In this document: positions 28,275 to 37,538 of the stretch, piece by piece
How the letters are laid out: every line of letters begins with the position of its first letter
Numbering within the stretch: the stretch's first letter is position 1
DNA from: Acaryochloris thomasi RCC1774
GTDB taxonomy: Bacteria; Cyanobacteriota; Cyanobacteriia; Thermosynechococcales; Thermosynechococcaceae
Direction: 5' to 3'
Assembly (NCBI RefSeq): GCF_003231495.1
Contig: NZ_PQWO01000001.1
Location: forward strand, 489,308 to 553,307
Length of the DNA: 64,000 nucleotides
Notes under the pieces: generated by a model
Seen by the model: the letters and a program-made list of their open reading frames with translations, nothing else
Databases searched by the model: none
What the model was told of the DNA's origin: nothing
Position numbers and translations under genes: made by a program

Positions 28275-28968
28275 CTAAGGCTCTTTAAGTGCCTGCTTAA
28301 GCTGCGGTAGAGTTCTGTCGTATTTTTGTAATCTTGCTCGATCCTGAACCGTGGGTGCTGCAATGCGGCTGAGATCCATGTTGTCTGTCATATCGACAAT
28401 TTTGACGCGTAGCGCCATCTGATTGGCAATCACGCGCTGTAAGTAGTCGTCCCTGAAAAACCTCATTAGCCCATATATCACCAGCCTTTCAGGCACTAAA
28501 ATGTGGATCTAAATTGCAAGTAAATTCGCTGCCCCTTGCAAAAACTGGTGAAATGGCGCTTTTCTTAATTGCTTGAAGCCCCCAATCCATGTGTTTGCAC
28601 AAATCTATGTGCTCCAAATCGGGTCTCCAGAAGCTCTGATATACAGGGGCCGCAGCAAAATACCTTCAAAATGCAAGGGGTTTTTCAGGGACGACTAAGT
28701 AGGTTTCGTAGGCTTCAGCTTCTCGTTTCGTGATCGCATCAATGGCCGCAACGATGCGATCAGGGAAGCCGGCCCGTCGTAGCTCAGTCAACGTTAATTC
28801 AGAGTCTTCTACAGCATCGTGGAGAACGCCCACAATTTTGTCAGGGGTTGTGGACAATTGCTGCATGACTCTTAAGGGATGGCTGATATAAGGCTGTCCG
28901 GCTTTATCAACTTGACCTGCGTGGGCTTGGTGGGCGAGGTTAATAGCCGTCTGCAACAGATCAACCAT
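28275..28968 (-). pseudogene. Small HD-domain ((p)ppGpp-hydrolase/SpoT-HD-like) gene split by an inserted inverted-repeat element
   Basis: The upstream piece (28666-28968) carries ...PYISHPLRV...VLHDAVED...LTKREAEAYETYL and then runs 9 codons into the insert to a stop. The downstream piece (28275-28496) resumes inside the insert and then reads ...QRVIANQMALRVKIVDMTDNMDL, matching the conserved KLADRLHNM region. Confidence 0.55.
28444..28700. mobile_element. MITE-like insertion bounded by 19-bp perfect terminal inverted repeats (TAGTCGTCCCTGAAAAACC)
   Basis: The IR is at 28444-28462 and its exact reverse complement at 28682-28700. The ~219-bp AT-rich interior has no ORF. It interrupts the HD-domain reading frame. 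Confidence 0.5.
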
Positions 28969-29737
28969 GATCGAAGGACTGCATCAGCTCAGGCGTGAGG
29001 TCTTGAACGTTATTGAGAGTTGCGATCGCACCCACTTCCTTCAACTTCTGCGCATACTCTGGCGAATCTTGAGCATGGGGCGGCAGCACACCTACACCGA
29101 TCCAGTTGATGTTGGGATATTGCGATCGCGCATTAATCACCGTTTGAATATCTGCCACCGTGTCGCCCACATAAAAAACAGTCAGTGACAGATTAGAATC
29201 CTGCCCCTCTCGCAGAGTCTCGACAGTCGCCATCAGCCCTGTAGGATCGGGTTTGCCGGGAGCATCCTCCATTGCCACCAGTACCGGAGACTCTAGCTCT
29301 AGCCGATGCTCTAAAACATAGGAAGCAGAACCACGCGTCGCTCCACTAAAAAAACCCCAGGCAATATTCGCTTGCGTGAGCTGTTCTAAATAGGCACGGG
29401 TCATGAGCAGCGGTTCATTTTGGATGTAGCCGGAGAAATCCTGCCCCCGATAGCGGCTTTGAAAAAAATCAACCAGGGCAGAGTAGTCAATCGTGGGTCG
29501 CTCTAAATTTTGGGCTTTGCAAAAACGATAAACTAGCTCTTCAGAAGCCTTCCAGTCATTGTTCCAGCAGCCTTCTGCCTTGAGTGCATCAATCTCTGCC
29601 ATCGTGGGCCGGTACTGACCTTGGGTAAATTGTTCGACGGTGTCAGCCAATGCTCGCCGATAGGAGCCTGCAACATCGCGCACAACACCATCAATATCAA
29701 AAACGACCATTAGTGCCCGAGATTGAGAATCCTGCAT
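28961..29737 (-). CDS. HAD-superfamily hydrolase
   Basis: Motif I MVVFDIDGVVRDV and motif IV FYVGDTVADI. Confidence 0.7.
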   Translation of the reverse strand: MQDSQSRALMVVFDIDGVVRDVAGSYRRALADTVEQFTQGQYRPTMAEIDALKAEGCWNNDWKASEELVYRFCKAQNLERPTIDYSALVDFFQSRYRGQDFSGYIQNEPLLMTRAYLEQLTQANIAWGFFSGATRGSASYVLEHRLELESPVLVAMEDAPGKPDPTGLMATVETLREGQDSNLSLTVFYVGDTVADIQTVINARSQYPNINWIGVGVLPPHAQDSPEYAQKLKEVGAIATLNNVQDLTPELMQSFDHG

Positions 29738-29859
29738 GTTAATGATTAAGAACAGATCGCCATCATGCTACATCACTGACGTTTTCTCGTAGTCGAGACA
29801 CCCTGAATGCGTTAAAATTGATGTCGTTCAATACGCAGTTTTAAGTTCTGGAGGTTTGA

Positions 29860-30159
29860 TTGGCCAAGTTTATTTTAAAGGCACTGTGGCTCGACGATAA
29901 CGTTGCCCTCGCCGTGGATCAAGTTGTAGGCAACGGCAGCAGCCCCTTGACCTCTTATTTTTTCTGGCCTCGTGCTGATGCTTGGGAAGAGCTGAAGACA
30001 GAAATGGAAAAAAAGAGCTGGATCAACGAAGTCGATAGAGTCGAACTGTTGAACCAAGCGACAGAAGTGATTAACTACTGGCAAGAAGAAGGCCGCCGCC
30101 GTCCGCTGGAAGAAGCTCAGGGTAGGTTCCCTGACGTTATGTTCACCGGTACAACCTAA
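29860..30159 (+). CDS. ycf65: Ycf65 / PSRP-3-like ribosome-associated protein
   Basis: 99 aa; [20 protein letters not shown] and [13 protein letters not shown] match my recollection of the PSRP-3 family. Confidence 0.55.
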   Translation: MAKFILKALWLDDNVALAVDQVVGNGSSPLTSYFFWPRADAWEELKTEMEKKSWINEVDRVELLNQATEVINYWQEEGRRRPLEEAQGRFPDVMFTGTT

Positions 30160-30257
30160 GGGTTGAGAGTCTTAACCTAGGTCACTAGATAAAGTAGAAG
30201 ACTTGACGTCGGTTTGTGAGACAGGGTTCTGAGAACAAATGGGACCGTTAACAGCGC

Positions 30258-30292
30258 AAAATGGGGAGCACAGCCTTGTACTCCCCATTTTG
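30258..30292 (-). terminator. Rho-independent terminator downstream of rpmF
   Basis: On the minus strand: aaaatggggag-tacaaggctgtg-ctcccc followed by atttt. Confidence 0.5.
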
Positions 30293-30317
30293 ATGAATTC
30301 GAGCGTGAGACGCTAAT

Positions 30318-30494
30318 TTACTTTTCGTCGTCTTCGTCTTCCTTAACAGGGTAGTAGAACCCTTTCGCACGTCCGCTTAGGATCGATTTCCCGGTGGACA
30401 TGGCTCGCTGAGCGGCAAGATTAGCCTTACGATTCCAGTGAGCTCTGCGGGAGTTGCGCTTGGAGTTAGAAGTCTTCTTCTTGGGGACGGCCAT
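30318..30494 (-). CDS. rpmF: 50S ribosomal protein L32
   Basis: My own translation gives [58 protein letters not shown] (58 aa), which is below the ORF-track length cutoff. MAVPKKKTS is the canonical L32 N-terminus. Confidence 0.8.
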   Translation of the reverse strand: MAVPKKKTSNSKRNSRRAHWNRKANLAAQRAMSTGKSILSGRAKGFYYPVKEDEDDEK

Positions 30495-30580
30495 GAATCT
30501 ATACGTACATTGATTAATAAGTTCACTATTGTAGCATTGCTGAAGAGTGCTGCTTGAAGCATTTGATGTGCAAGTGTTCT

Positions 30581-31003
30581 TTATCCCTGAGCCTTTAAGA
30601 TTGCCAGATCTTGTTTAAGGCGCTCAATACCAGCCTGAGTTTTGTGCTGTTCGTATGCATCACTGGCTTTTAATAAGCTGCGGACGGCTTTGTCGTTGTC
30701 CCCAACGTTTGCGTATGCTAGGCCGATATTGTGCCAAGCTTCAGCACAGCTTGGTTCTTGCTCTACCACTGGCATCATTTGCGAGATCGCGTCTTGGTAG
30801 TTACCCGTTTTGTATGTAGCCACCGAACTTACGAAGTCTGCCATCACGGCGTCTGATATGGAGATAGCAGGCAAATCGATGACGGTATCAGGAAAAGGTA
30901 GTACCGCAATCGGTGTGCGAAAGGCTCTTACCATGGAGACAATGGCGAACCCCGCGATGCCGAACACGACGACAGCCCAGATTAAAAAATTAGGAGTTTC
31001 CAT
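30581..31003 (-). CDS. Membrane-anchored TPR-repeat protein
   Basis: Start taken at METPNF. One TM helix is followed by TPR-like repeats ([27 protein letters not shown]). Confidence 0.55.
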   Translation of the reverse strand: METPNFLIWAVVVFGIAGFAIVSMVRAFRTPIAVLPFPDTVIDLPAISISDAVMADFVSSVATYKTGNYQDAISQMMPVVEQEPSCAEAWHNIGLAYANVGDNDKAVRSLLKASDAYEQHKTQAGIERLKQDLAILKAQG

Positions 31004-31237
31004 ATTTGTAGATAGCCGTAAGTAATAGAAGAGACGTGGAGATGACAGGAAAAGCATTAAACGGCTCAGTGTAGCCTATCAGTCGTTAGATGGGGCTAGG
31101 GGGGGGCTTGAGTGCTAAGCAAGATTATCGATCGTTTCTCACGTCACTACAGCCCCACAATGGATCGAAATATTGCAATATGCCCGGAATTAAATGAGTC
31201 CTCTTAAAGTTGTCGATATCATCTGCAAACACTTCGC

Positions 31238-32764
31238 ATGTTTAAGTCGTTTTATATCAAGCCTCATGAACGGGGAATGCTCTTTTATCGCAGCAACTTT
31301 CAGCAAGTGCTGCAGCCTGGAATCCACCGCCGCATAGGGTGGCATTGGAATGTGAGAACGTTTGACCTCAACCAGCCAGAGGCTCAGCTTGAAAATCTTG
31401 AGCTGCTGCTGCAGTCTCACGCCGATCAGCTCAATGAGCATTTCACGGTGGTTCGTACGACCTTTAGCAGCGCGGCGCTAGTGCGTCTGGGACAGCGATG
31501 GTGTACGGTGGGGCCGGATCAGTTGCGGGTGTTTTGGCGCGGTTTTATTGAGGTTGAGGTCCACTTTTTCAATTTGGATGAGGATTTCGAGCTACCAACG
31601 GCTTTTGTGCAGCAGCTACGGGAGCAAGTGCTGCCGGGGCTGACGCTTGTTCAGATCTCTGAATCACAGGTGGGAATGCTCTATGAGCGGGATAACTTTG
31701 TGCGCCCGCTGGAGTCGGGGGAGTATGGGTTTTGGACATTCAATCGTAAGGTTCAGATTCCTGTTTTTGACTGCACACACCCTGCCCCCAGTTTCCCCAA
31801 TGAAGAGGTGCTCTTTGAGCAGCATCCCGAATTTGTGGCGACCTACTGTGAGGCGGTGCAGTTAGGGGGACAAGAGGTTGCGATCGCACGTCACAAGAAC
31901 AAGGTCATCGCCGTCCTGCCACCCTGCAGCCGCAAGCTGTTCTGGAAAGGGGTCACGGTCGAGGTGATCGATATTAGTTCTAACGCCAAGCTCCCGGCAG
32001 CACTGGTGGCTGAGTTGATTTCGGGTCTACCTGAGGTCTTAGATCTCGCTTACGGATCGCTGCATGTCTTGGAGGTGCCGTCCCAGCATTTAGGTCTGCT
32101 CTACAACGAAGGTGCTTTTCAAGAACCCCTGGCACCGGGCTATCACGGCTGGTGGATCTATGGGCGATCGCTGACCACTGAAGTCATTGATTTGCGGCTA
32201 CAGACTCTGGAGGTCTCCGGCCAGGAAATTCTCTCGAAAGATAAGGTACCGCTGCGCCTAAACTTAACGGCGGGCTATCGGATCGAAGATCCGGTGAAGG
32301 CGAAAACGGGGCTGGCGGATATTGAAGGGTTTGTCTATAAGGAACTCCAGTTTGCGCTGCGGGGAGCGGTGGGCACGAAAACGCTGGATGCCCTATTAGA
32401 AGATAAGGGGGCTATCGATAATTCAGTGGCCGAACACATGCTGCCCAAGGTGGAAGAGTATGGCATTAATCTAGAGTCGGTGGGCGTCAAGGATATTATC
32501 TTGCCGGGTGAGATCAAGGCGATTTTGTGTCAGGTGGTGGAAGCGGAGAAATCAGCGCAGGCCAATGTGATTCGACGGCGGGAAGAAACGGCGGCGACCC
32601 GCAGCATGCTGAATACGGCGAAGGTGATGGAGAACAATCCGGTGGCTTTGCGGTTAAAGGAGCTGGAGTTGCTGGAGCGGATCGCGGACAAGATCGAGAA
32701 GATTAACGTTAACGGCAGTTTGGACAGTATTCTCACAGATATTATCCAAATTGAGCGTCAGTAG
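31238..32764 (+). CDS. SPFH/band-7 domain protein with a triplicated N-terminal module
   Basis: C-terminal band-7 core (VPLRLNLTAGYRIEDP...VGVKDIILPGEIK...AEKSAQANVIRRRE). Upstream are three repeats of a ~35-aa GxLY/FxxxxFQxxLxPGxHxxW motif. Confidence 0.75.
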   Translation: MFKSFYIKPHERGMLFYRSNFQQVLQPGIHRRIGWHWNVRTFDLNQPEAQLENLELLLQSHADQLNEHFTVVRTTFSSAALVRLGQRWCTVGPDQLRVFWRGFIEVEVHFFNLDEDFELPTAFVQQLREQVLPGLTLVQISESQVGMLYERDNFVRPLESGEYGFWTFNRKVQIPVFDCTHPAPSFPNEEVLFEQHPEFVATYCEAVQLGGQEVAIARHKNKVIAVLPPCSRKLFWKGVTVEVIDISSNAKLPAALVAELISGLPEVLDLAYGSLHVLEVPSQHLGLLYNEGAFQEPLAPGYHGWWIYGRSLTTEVIDLRLQTLEVSGQEILSKDKVPLRLNLTAGYRIEDPVKAKTGLADIEGFVYKELQFALRGAVGTKTLDALLEDKGAIDNSVAEHMLPKVEEYGINLESVGVKDIILPGEIKAILCQVVEAEKSAQANVIRRREETAATRSMLNTAKVMENNPVALRLKELELLERIADKIEKINVNGSLDSILTDIIQIERQ

Positions 32765-32813
32765 TGTTTAGCGATTCGTTCCGTCCGAAGGTTTCTTGGA
32801 AATTATGATAGCT

Positions 32814-32852
32814 CTGCATTGGCCCCCCCGGCCCCCAAATTCTGGGGGGAGA
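32814..32852. repeat. GC-homopolymer palindromic repeat, copy 1 (ctgcatt-G/C-ccccccggccccc-aattctgggggga)
   Basis: Shares about 35 of 39 positions with the copy at 34014-34052 in the same orientation. It is internally near-palindromic (CCCCCC...AATTCT...GGGGGG). Confidence 0.7.
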
Positions 32853-32959
32853 GATATACCTGTGACGTTCAAACCGGTAAGTTCTGCATTGTTGAGGTCT
32901 TGCCGATGTTCATGGAACTCCTTTAGAGTTCTGTCGTTGCAGCCTTCAGGTGTTGGGGG

Positions 32960-33718
32960 ATGAGTCAGAGTGCAAACATCTCGCCTATTCATCTTTGGTG
33001 TTTGCACGGTAATTTACAGCAGCCTAGCGTTTGGGAAACGGCTCTGAGAGATCTTTGGCGAGACCCAGCGATCAGGGTTATTCCGGTGGATTTGTGGTCA
33101 ACGACGGCTCAGGATTTTTGGGGTTGGGCAGAGCAGTTCTGTGAACGGGTGGTGGCTGAGGGAGCCAGTCGCAATGTAGTGTTGGGCTACTCTTTGGGTG
33201 GACGGTTGGCCCTCCATGCAGTGCTGCAAAATCCGGGGTTGTGGAAGGGTGCGATCGCAACCAGCACATCCCCTGGTCTCTCTAGTTTTAAGGACCGTCA
33301 GGCCTGTCTTCAGCGCGATCGAATCTGGGGCCAACGCTTTAGAACAGAACCGTGGCAAGCGCTCCTAAATGAGTGGGATAACCTACCCGTTTTTAATGGC
33401 ATTCCCTGCAACATTGAGCGAAAGGAAAGTCAGTTTTCTCGACAGCGGATTGCGCGACTGTTCGATATTTTTTCCCAGGGCCGTCAAGAGGATTTGCTAC
33501 TTCGATTAAAAGCGCTGGAGAACCCGCCAATCTTGTATATTTCTGGGGAGCTTGATCGAAAATACTGCGCGATGGGTCGTCGTTTGGCTGAGGCGTGTCG
33601 TGGGGTGGAGTGGGTTGCGATCGCAAATGCAGGCCATCGAGTCCCGTGGGAGAACACGCCTGTATTTACGCAGGTGGTTGAACAGTGGTTGCGTCAGCTC
33701 CCAGATCAAACAAATTGA
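32960..33718 (+). CDS. Alpha/beta hydrolase, MenH (SHCHC synthase)-like
   Basis: LWCLHGNLQQPSVWE and the nucleophile elbow GYSLGGRLAL. The overall length and pattern match the MenH-type family. Confidence 0.5.
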   Translation: MSQSANISPIHLWCLHGNLQQPSVWETALRDLWRDPAIRVIPVDLWSTTAQDFWGWAEQFCERVVAEGASRNVVLGYSLGGRLALHAVLQNPGLWKGAIATSTSPGLSSFKDRQACLQRDRIWGQRFRTEPWQALLNEWDNLPVFNGIPCNIERKESQFSRQRIARLFDIFSQGRQEDLLLRLKALENPPILYISGELDRKYCAMGRRLAEACRGVEWVAIANAGHRVPWENTPVFTQVVEQWLRQLPDQTN

Positions 33719-34013
33719 GTTGTTTAGAGCGAACCTGGGTCAACACCCAGCTTTCGCAAATGCTCCGCTAATTGTTCTGCCCTTTCGTGTTCTTGGTCTG
33801 CTCGTTGATGCTCTTGGTCTAGCTGTTGGGTTAACTCAACTGGTATCGTAGGGGGAGTGGGTTGCGATCGCACAGAGAAGATGAGCCTGCTTTTGTTTAG
33901 GTGGTCAGCCGTTTGTTTGGTCAGTTTTGAATGCTTATTAATGGAGCACTGTAAATAGACAAGTCTTGTTGGCAAACGCACACTTGCTCGTATCGTGAGA
34001 TTTAGCAACACGA

Positions 34014-34052
34014 CTGCATTCGCCCCCCGGCCCCCCAATTCTGGGGGGAGAA
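34014..34052. repeat. GC-homopolymer palindromic repeat, copy 2
   Basis: ctgcattcgccccccggccccccaattctggggggagaa. It is in direct orientation to copy 1 and inverted relative to copy 3, which lies 145 bp downstream. Confidence 0.7.
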
Positions 34053-34194
34053 CAGCTTTATCTTGTTATCTCTTTGCGTTCAATTGTGGCTGTGAATCAG
34101 CTTATTGTTAACCCATTTGATTTCAATAGTTGTCTACTCAAGTGGTGGTGAGAGCAACTCTCTAAATATTGGTACCACAATGAAAACTCTCAAA

Positions 34195-34235
34195 ACTCTC
34201 CCCCCAGAATTGGGGGACTGGGGGGCAGTGCAAGA
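34195..34235. repeat. GC-homopolymer palindromic repeat, copy 3 (inverted)
   Basis: ctcccccccagaattgggggactggggggcagtgcaag, the reverse-complement orientation of copies 1 and 2. Together with copy 2 it frames a ~220-bp hairpin-capable element. Confidence 0.65.
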
Positions 34236-34744
34236 CGCTAATTGAAAGAAGGCAGCTTGAAATCATAGCGGTATACGCAAAAAGTCTTGTGTATACGTTT
34301 GCCATGCAGGCATTGCAGGGCTAATGATGATTTTCTAGCAACCCAACAGCTTATTTGGGGTGTGTATAGTCACCTGCGACAAAATGAGTACGGTGAAAAC
34401 ACGTATAAATTAGTGTTTGTTTTATTTTGAAAATGGTTGATTTCCCTGATAGCTAACGATTTTGGCTGGGCATACTTGGATACAGAGAGCCAATCATCTG
34501 CAGTATTTAAGGGGTTCAAAAAAGATAGAGCGTTCACAACAAAGGCTTTTATCTCTGGGCTGAAAAATAATTTTATTTTTCTGTCACCCAGTCAACACTC
34601 AATCTGTCTTTCTTGCCACTTGTATTGATGAAGTGACTGTTTTACAGCGGAGCTTGTTTCTAGGCCGCTGCGGTTTACTGCTGCTCTAACTTCAGTTGTG
34701 GTTCTTTCTACAAGGAGAAGCACTCTGACATTTGTGGGATCTGT

Positions 34745-34839
34745 CTCAAGCGGGGGAGTCCCAGTAGTTTTACCTTGACCTCAGCGCGGGTGAAGGAATC
34801 CAATCTGTCTGTTGTTATTTAATTTAGTTGAGACGATTT
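34745..34839 (+). promoter_or_regulatory. Conserved leader / upstream block shared by both FG-GAP–RTX paralogs
   Basis: gggggagtccca...ccttgacctc...ggtgaaggaatccaatctg...ttagttgagacgatttATG. It is conserved at 42965-43069, including a hairpin (ccttcacctc/ggtgaagg) and an identical ttgagacgatt motif ahead of the ATG. Confidence 0.45.
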
Positions 34840-37257
34840 ATGCCCTCTTTTAACGAGCAAACTGGCACCAATAATCCCTTTGACGGCATTGATGCGGGGA
34901 TTGAGGGTGATCCTACTTTGGTAGACGTAGATGGCGACGGCGACTTTGATCTGGTAGCGGGGGATAGCGACGGTGCGCTCAGATACTTTGAAAATACAGG
35001 CGGTGCCACCACCCCTAGCTATAGCGAACAAACCGGCACCAACAATCCTTTTAACGGGATTGATGTGGGAGACGATAGCTCTCCTGCTTTTGCTGATATT
35101 GATGGCGACAGCGACCTTGATCTACTAGTTGGAGGAAATAATGGTGGCGTTCAACTAGAGTATTTTGAGAATATAGGTAGTGCCACTAACCCTAGCTTCA
35201 GCGCACAGACCGGCACCAATAACCCCTTGGGCAGGCTTTCTGTGGGATATGACAACTCACCTACCTTTGCTGATATCGATGGCGATGGCGACTTTGATCT
35301 AGTGGTGGGAGATGATACCAATCAGCTCAGTTACTTTGAGAATACAGGTAGTGCCACCAGCCCAAGTTTCAGCCAGATCACCGGTACTAATAACCCATTT
35401 GAAGGTATTGGCCAGGGAATTAACAGCTCCCCCACATTGGTCGATGTGGATGGAGATGGCGACCTTGACCTAGTGGTGGGCAATGGTAACTATACACTCA
35501 GTTACTTTGAGAATATAGGTAGTGCCACTAACCCTAGCTTCAGCGCACAGACCGGCACCAATAACCCCTTTGACGGGCTTAACTTCGGAAGTGCTTTTGG
35601 CTCCGTTACACCTACTTTTGCCGATGTCGATGGTGATGGCAACCTCGATCTAGTCTCTGGCACAGGGCAATTAAGCTTCTTCGTCAGCAATGAACCAGCG
35701 ATCATTACTGGCGATATTTCAGGTGCAGTTACTGAAGACACTACCACTACAACTGCCACTGGCACACTAAACGCAACCGATGTTGACTCCAGCGCTGACT
35801 TCACTGTGCAAACTGATACTGCTGGTACATACGGCACCTTCTCTATCGATGCAGCTGGAGTCTGGACTTACACGCTCGACAACGCTGATGCTGATACCGA
35901 TGCTCTAGAAGCAGATGAAATGATCACGGATGTCTTCACTGTCGCCACAGCTGATGGCACAACTCAAGAGGTCACCGTCACTGTCACAGGTGCTAATGAT
36001 GCAGCTATCATCGCCGGCACAACAACAGGTGCAGTCACTGAAGATGACGCTATTACGACTGCGATGGGTAGCCTAATGGCCACCGATGTCGATTCCAGCA
36101 CTGACTTCGCAGTGCAAACCGATGCAGCGGGCACCTACGGCACATTCTCCATTGACGCATCCGGCAACTGGACCTACACCCTCGATAACAGTGATGCTGA
36201 TACAGAAGCTTTGGGTTCTAGTGACACTGTTACAGATGTGATCACCGTTGCTACTGCCGATGGCACGACTCAAGATATCACCATCACCATCGATGGCAAT
36301 AGTGATACCGTTCAAATCGGTACTCCTGGCCCCGATCTAATTGTGGGAACCCCCCTCGACGATACTCTAGAAGGCTTAGATGGCAACGATCGCATCCGTG
36401 GCCTTAACGGCAACGACCTCATCTTGGGCGGCAACCACAGTGACACCCTCTTTGGCGACGGCGGCAACGATTCCCTCTTCGGCGGCAACGGCATCGACCG
36501 ACTGTTTGGCGGCAACGGCAACGATTCCCTCAACGGTGGCAACAACAACGACACCCTCTCAGGCCAAGGTGGCGACGATACGCTCTTGGGCGGCAGCGGC
36601 AACGATATTCTCATCGGTGCTGCAGGCAATGACCTCCTGCAAGGCGGACTCGATAACGATCGCCTCGTCGGTGGCAGCAATGACGACAGGCTGTTTGGCC
36701 AAGCAGGTAACGATACTCTGATCGGAGCTAGCGGCCTCGATTCTCTGGTCGGCTCCGCAGGCAATGACCTTCTACAAGGGGGCACTGGCAATGATTCCCT
36801 CAACGGCGGCAACGACAACGATGTGCTCGAAGGTCAAGGTGGCTTCGATATCTTAATCGGTGCCAGCGGCGACGACCTGCTCGTAGGTGGTTCTAACGAT
36901 GACACACTCACAGGCGGCACTGGGTCTGATACATTCCGATTTGACGTTGGCTTCAACAGCCTCGGCCTTGATACGATTACAGACTTCGCTAGCAATGATG
37001 TACTGGAGTTAAGCCAGTCTGTCTTTGGGCTGATGGGTGCCATCGGTGGCGTCATCGATGTGAGTGACTTTGCAAGCGTTAGCTCTTTTGCTGAGGCCGA
37101 AAGCAGTGGCGCAGCGATTGCTTACAACAGTAATGACGGTAGCCTCTATTTCGATGCCAACGGCGCTGCAGCCGGATTTGGCAACGGCGGCGGTCAGTTC
37201 GCTCAGCTAGAGAACGCCTTCGACCTCCAAGCCAACCAGATTGAATTGATTGCCTAA
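34840..37257 (+). CDS. Secreted-type repeat protein: 5 FG-GAP/VCBS-like propeller repeats, 2 VCBS (TIGR01965-like) domains and RTX nonapeptide Ca-binding repeats (T1SS-substrate architecture)
   Basis: No N-terminal signal peptide. There are five ~57-aa repeats (NPFDGI...FADIDGDGDLDLVVG...YFENTGSAT.PS). Two ~100-aa modules follow (GAVTED...DVDSS.DF.VQTD.AGTYGTFSID.AG.WTYTLDN). Then come many GGxGNDxL-type repeats (GGNGNDSLNGGNNNDTLSGQGGDDTLLGGSGND) and an acidic Gly-rich C-terminus ending ...QIELIA. The start is taken at the ATG at 34840; the track used an upstream TTG. Confidence 0.85.
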   Translation: MPSFNEQTGTNNPFDGIDAGIEGDPTLVDVDGDGDFDLVAGDSDGALRYFENTGGATTPSYSEQTGTNNPFNGIDVGDDSSPAFADIDGDSDLDLLVGGNNGGVQLEYFENIGSATNPSFSAQTGTNNPLGRLSVGYDNSPTFADIDGDGDFDLVVGDDTNQLSYFENTGSATSPSFSQITGTNNPFEGIGQGINSSPTLVDVDGDGDLDLVVGNGNYTLSYFENIGSATNPSFSAQTGTNNPFDGLNFGSAFGSVTPTFADVDGDGNLDLVSGTGQLSFFVSNEPAIITGDISGAVTEDTTTTTATGTLNATDVDSSADFTVQTDTAGTYGTFSIDAAGVWTYTLDNADADTDALEADEMITDVFTVATADGTTQEVTVTVTGANDAAIIAGTTTGAVTEDDAITTAMGSLMATDVDSSTDFAVQTDAAGTYGTFSIDASGNWTYTLDNSDADTEALGSSDTVTDVITVATADGTTQDITITIDGNSDTVQIGTPGPDLIVGTPLDDTLEGLDGNDRIRGLNGNDLILGGNHSDTLFGDGGNDSLFGGNGIDRLFGGNGNDSLNGGNNNDTLSGQGGDDTLLGGSGNDILIGAAGNDLLQGGLDNDRLVGGSNDDRLFGQAGNDTLIGASGLDSLVGSAGNDLLQGGTGNDSLNGGNDNDVLEGQGGFDILIGASGDDLLVGGSNDDTLTGGTGSDTFRFDVGFNSLGLDTITDFASNDVLELSQSVFGLMGAIGGVIDVSDFASVSSFAEAESSGAAIAYNSNDGSLYFDANGAAAGFGNGGGQFAQLENAFDLQANQIELIA
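35164..35228. repeat. Intragenic ~65-bp exact DNA repeat (second copy at 35507-35571)
   Basis: tttgagaatataggtagtgccactaaccctagcttcagcgcacagaccggcaccaataacccctt occurs twice inside the FG-GAP repeat region. Confidence 0.7.
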
Positions 37258-37294
37258 ACTACTGGTAACAAGTCAACTGAATAGATAAGCAAAA

Positions 37295-37324
37295 GCCAGC
37301 CGATCATGATCGGCTGGCTTTTTT
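37295..37324 (+). terminator. Rho-independent terminator after the FG-GAP–RTX gene
   Basis: Perfect palindrome gccagccgatca/tgatcggctggc followed by tttttt. Confidence 0.7.
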
Positions 37325-37538
37325 GCCTGACAAGTATCGGCTCATCTGATCCGGTAAAACCAACCGCACGATTGCGATATGGCGTAGATTTATATTTTGA
37401 CTGGGCACACTGAAAGCAAAAGAGTGAGCGCATTTTATAGAAAAGTTTGAGGCTAGCGTTCCCCTCTCATGATCAGGACATGGCTGCTTTCTATAACCTT
37501 TGACCCGCAATGACTTTATTGTTACCCCAGATTGATAC

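Noticed and set aside
33724-34038. 104-aa minus-strand ORF between the GC-palindrome repeats
   Set aside because: It overlaps the repeat units and the menH-like 3' region. Its composition reflects translation of the palindromic repeat (…GGRGANAVV…), so it is likely spurious.
36312-36818. 168-aa proline-rich antisense ORF (…SLPPLRESLP…), with similar ones at 43762-44163 and 53249-53707
   Set aside because: These lie antisense to the RTX GGxGxD repeat-coding regions. The periodic codon structure creates long open antisense frames, so they are artefacts.
35700-37000. Regularly spaced short DNA repeats that could be mistaken for a CRISPR array
   Set aside because: The periodicity is 27 bp (nonapeptide RTX repeats) and ~300 bp (VCBS modules), and it sits inside a continuous ORF. 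There are no conserved direct repeats with unique spacers and no cas genes.
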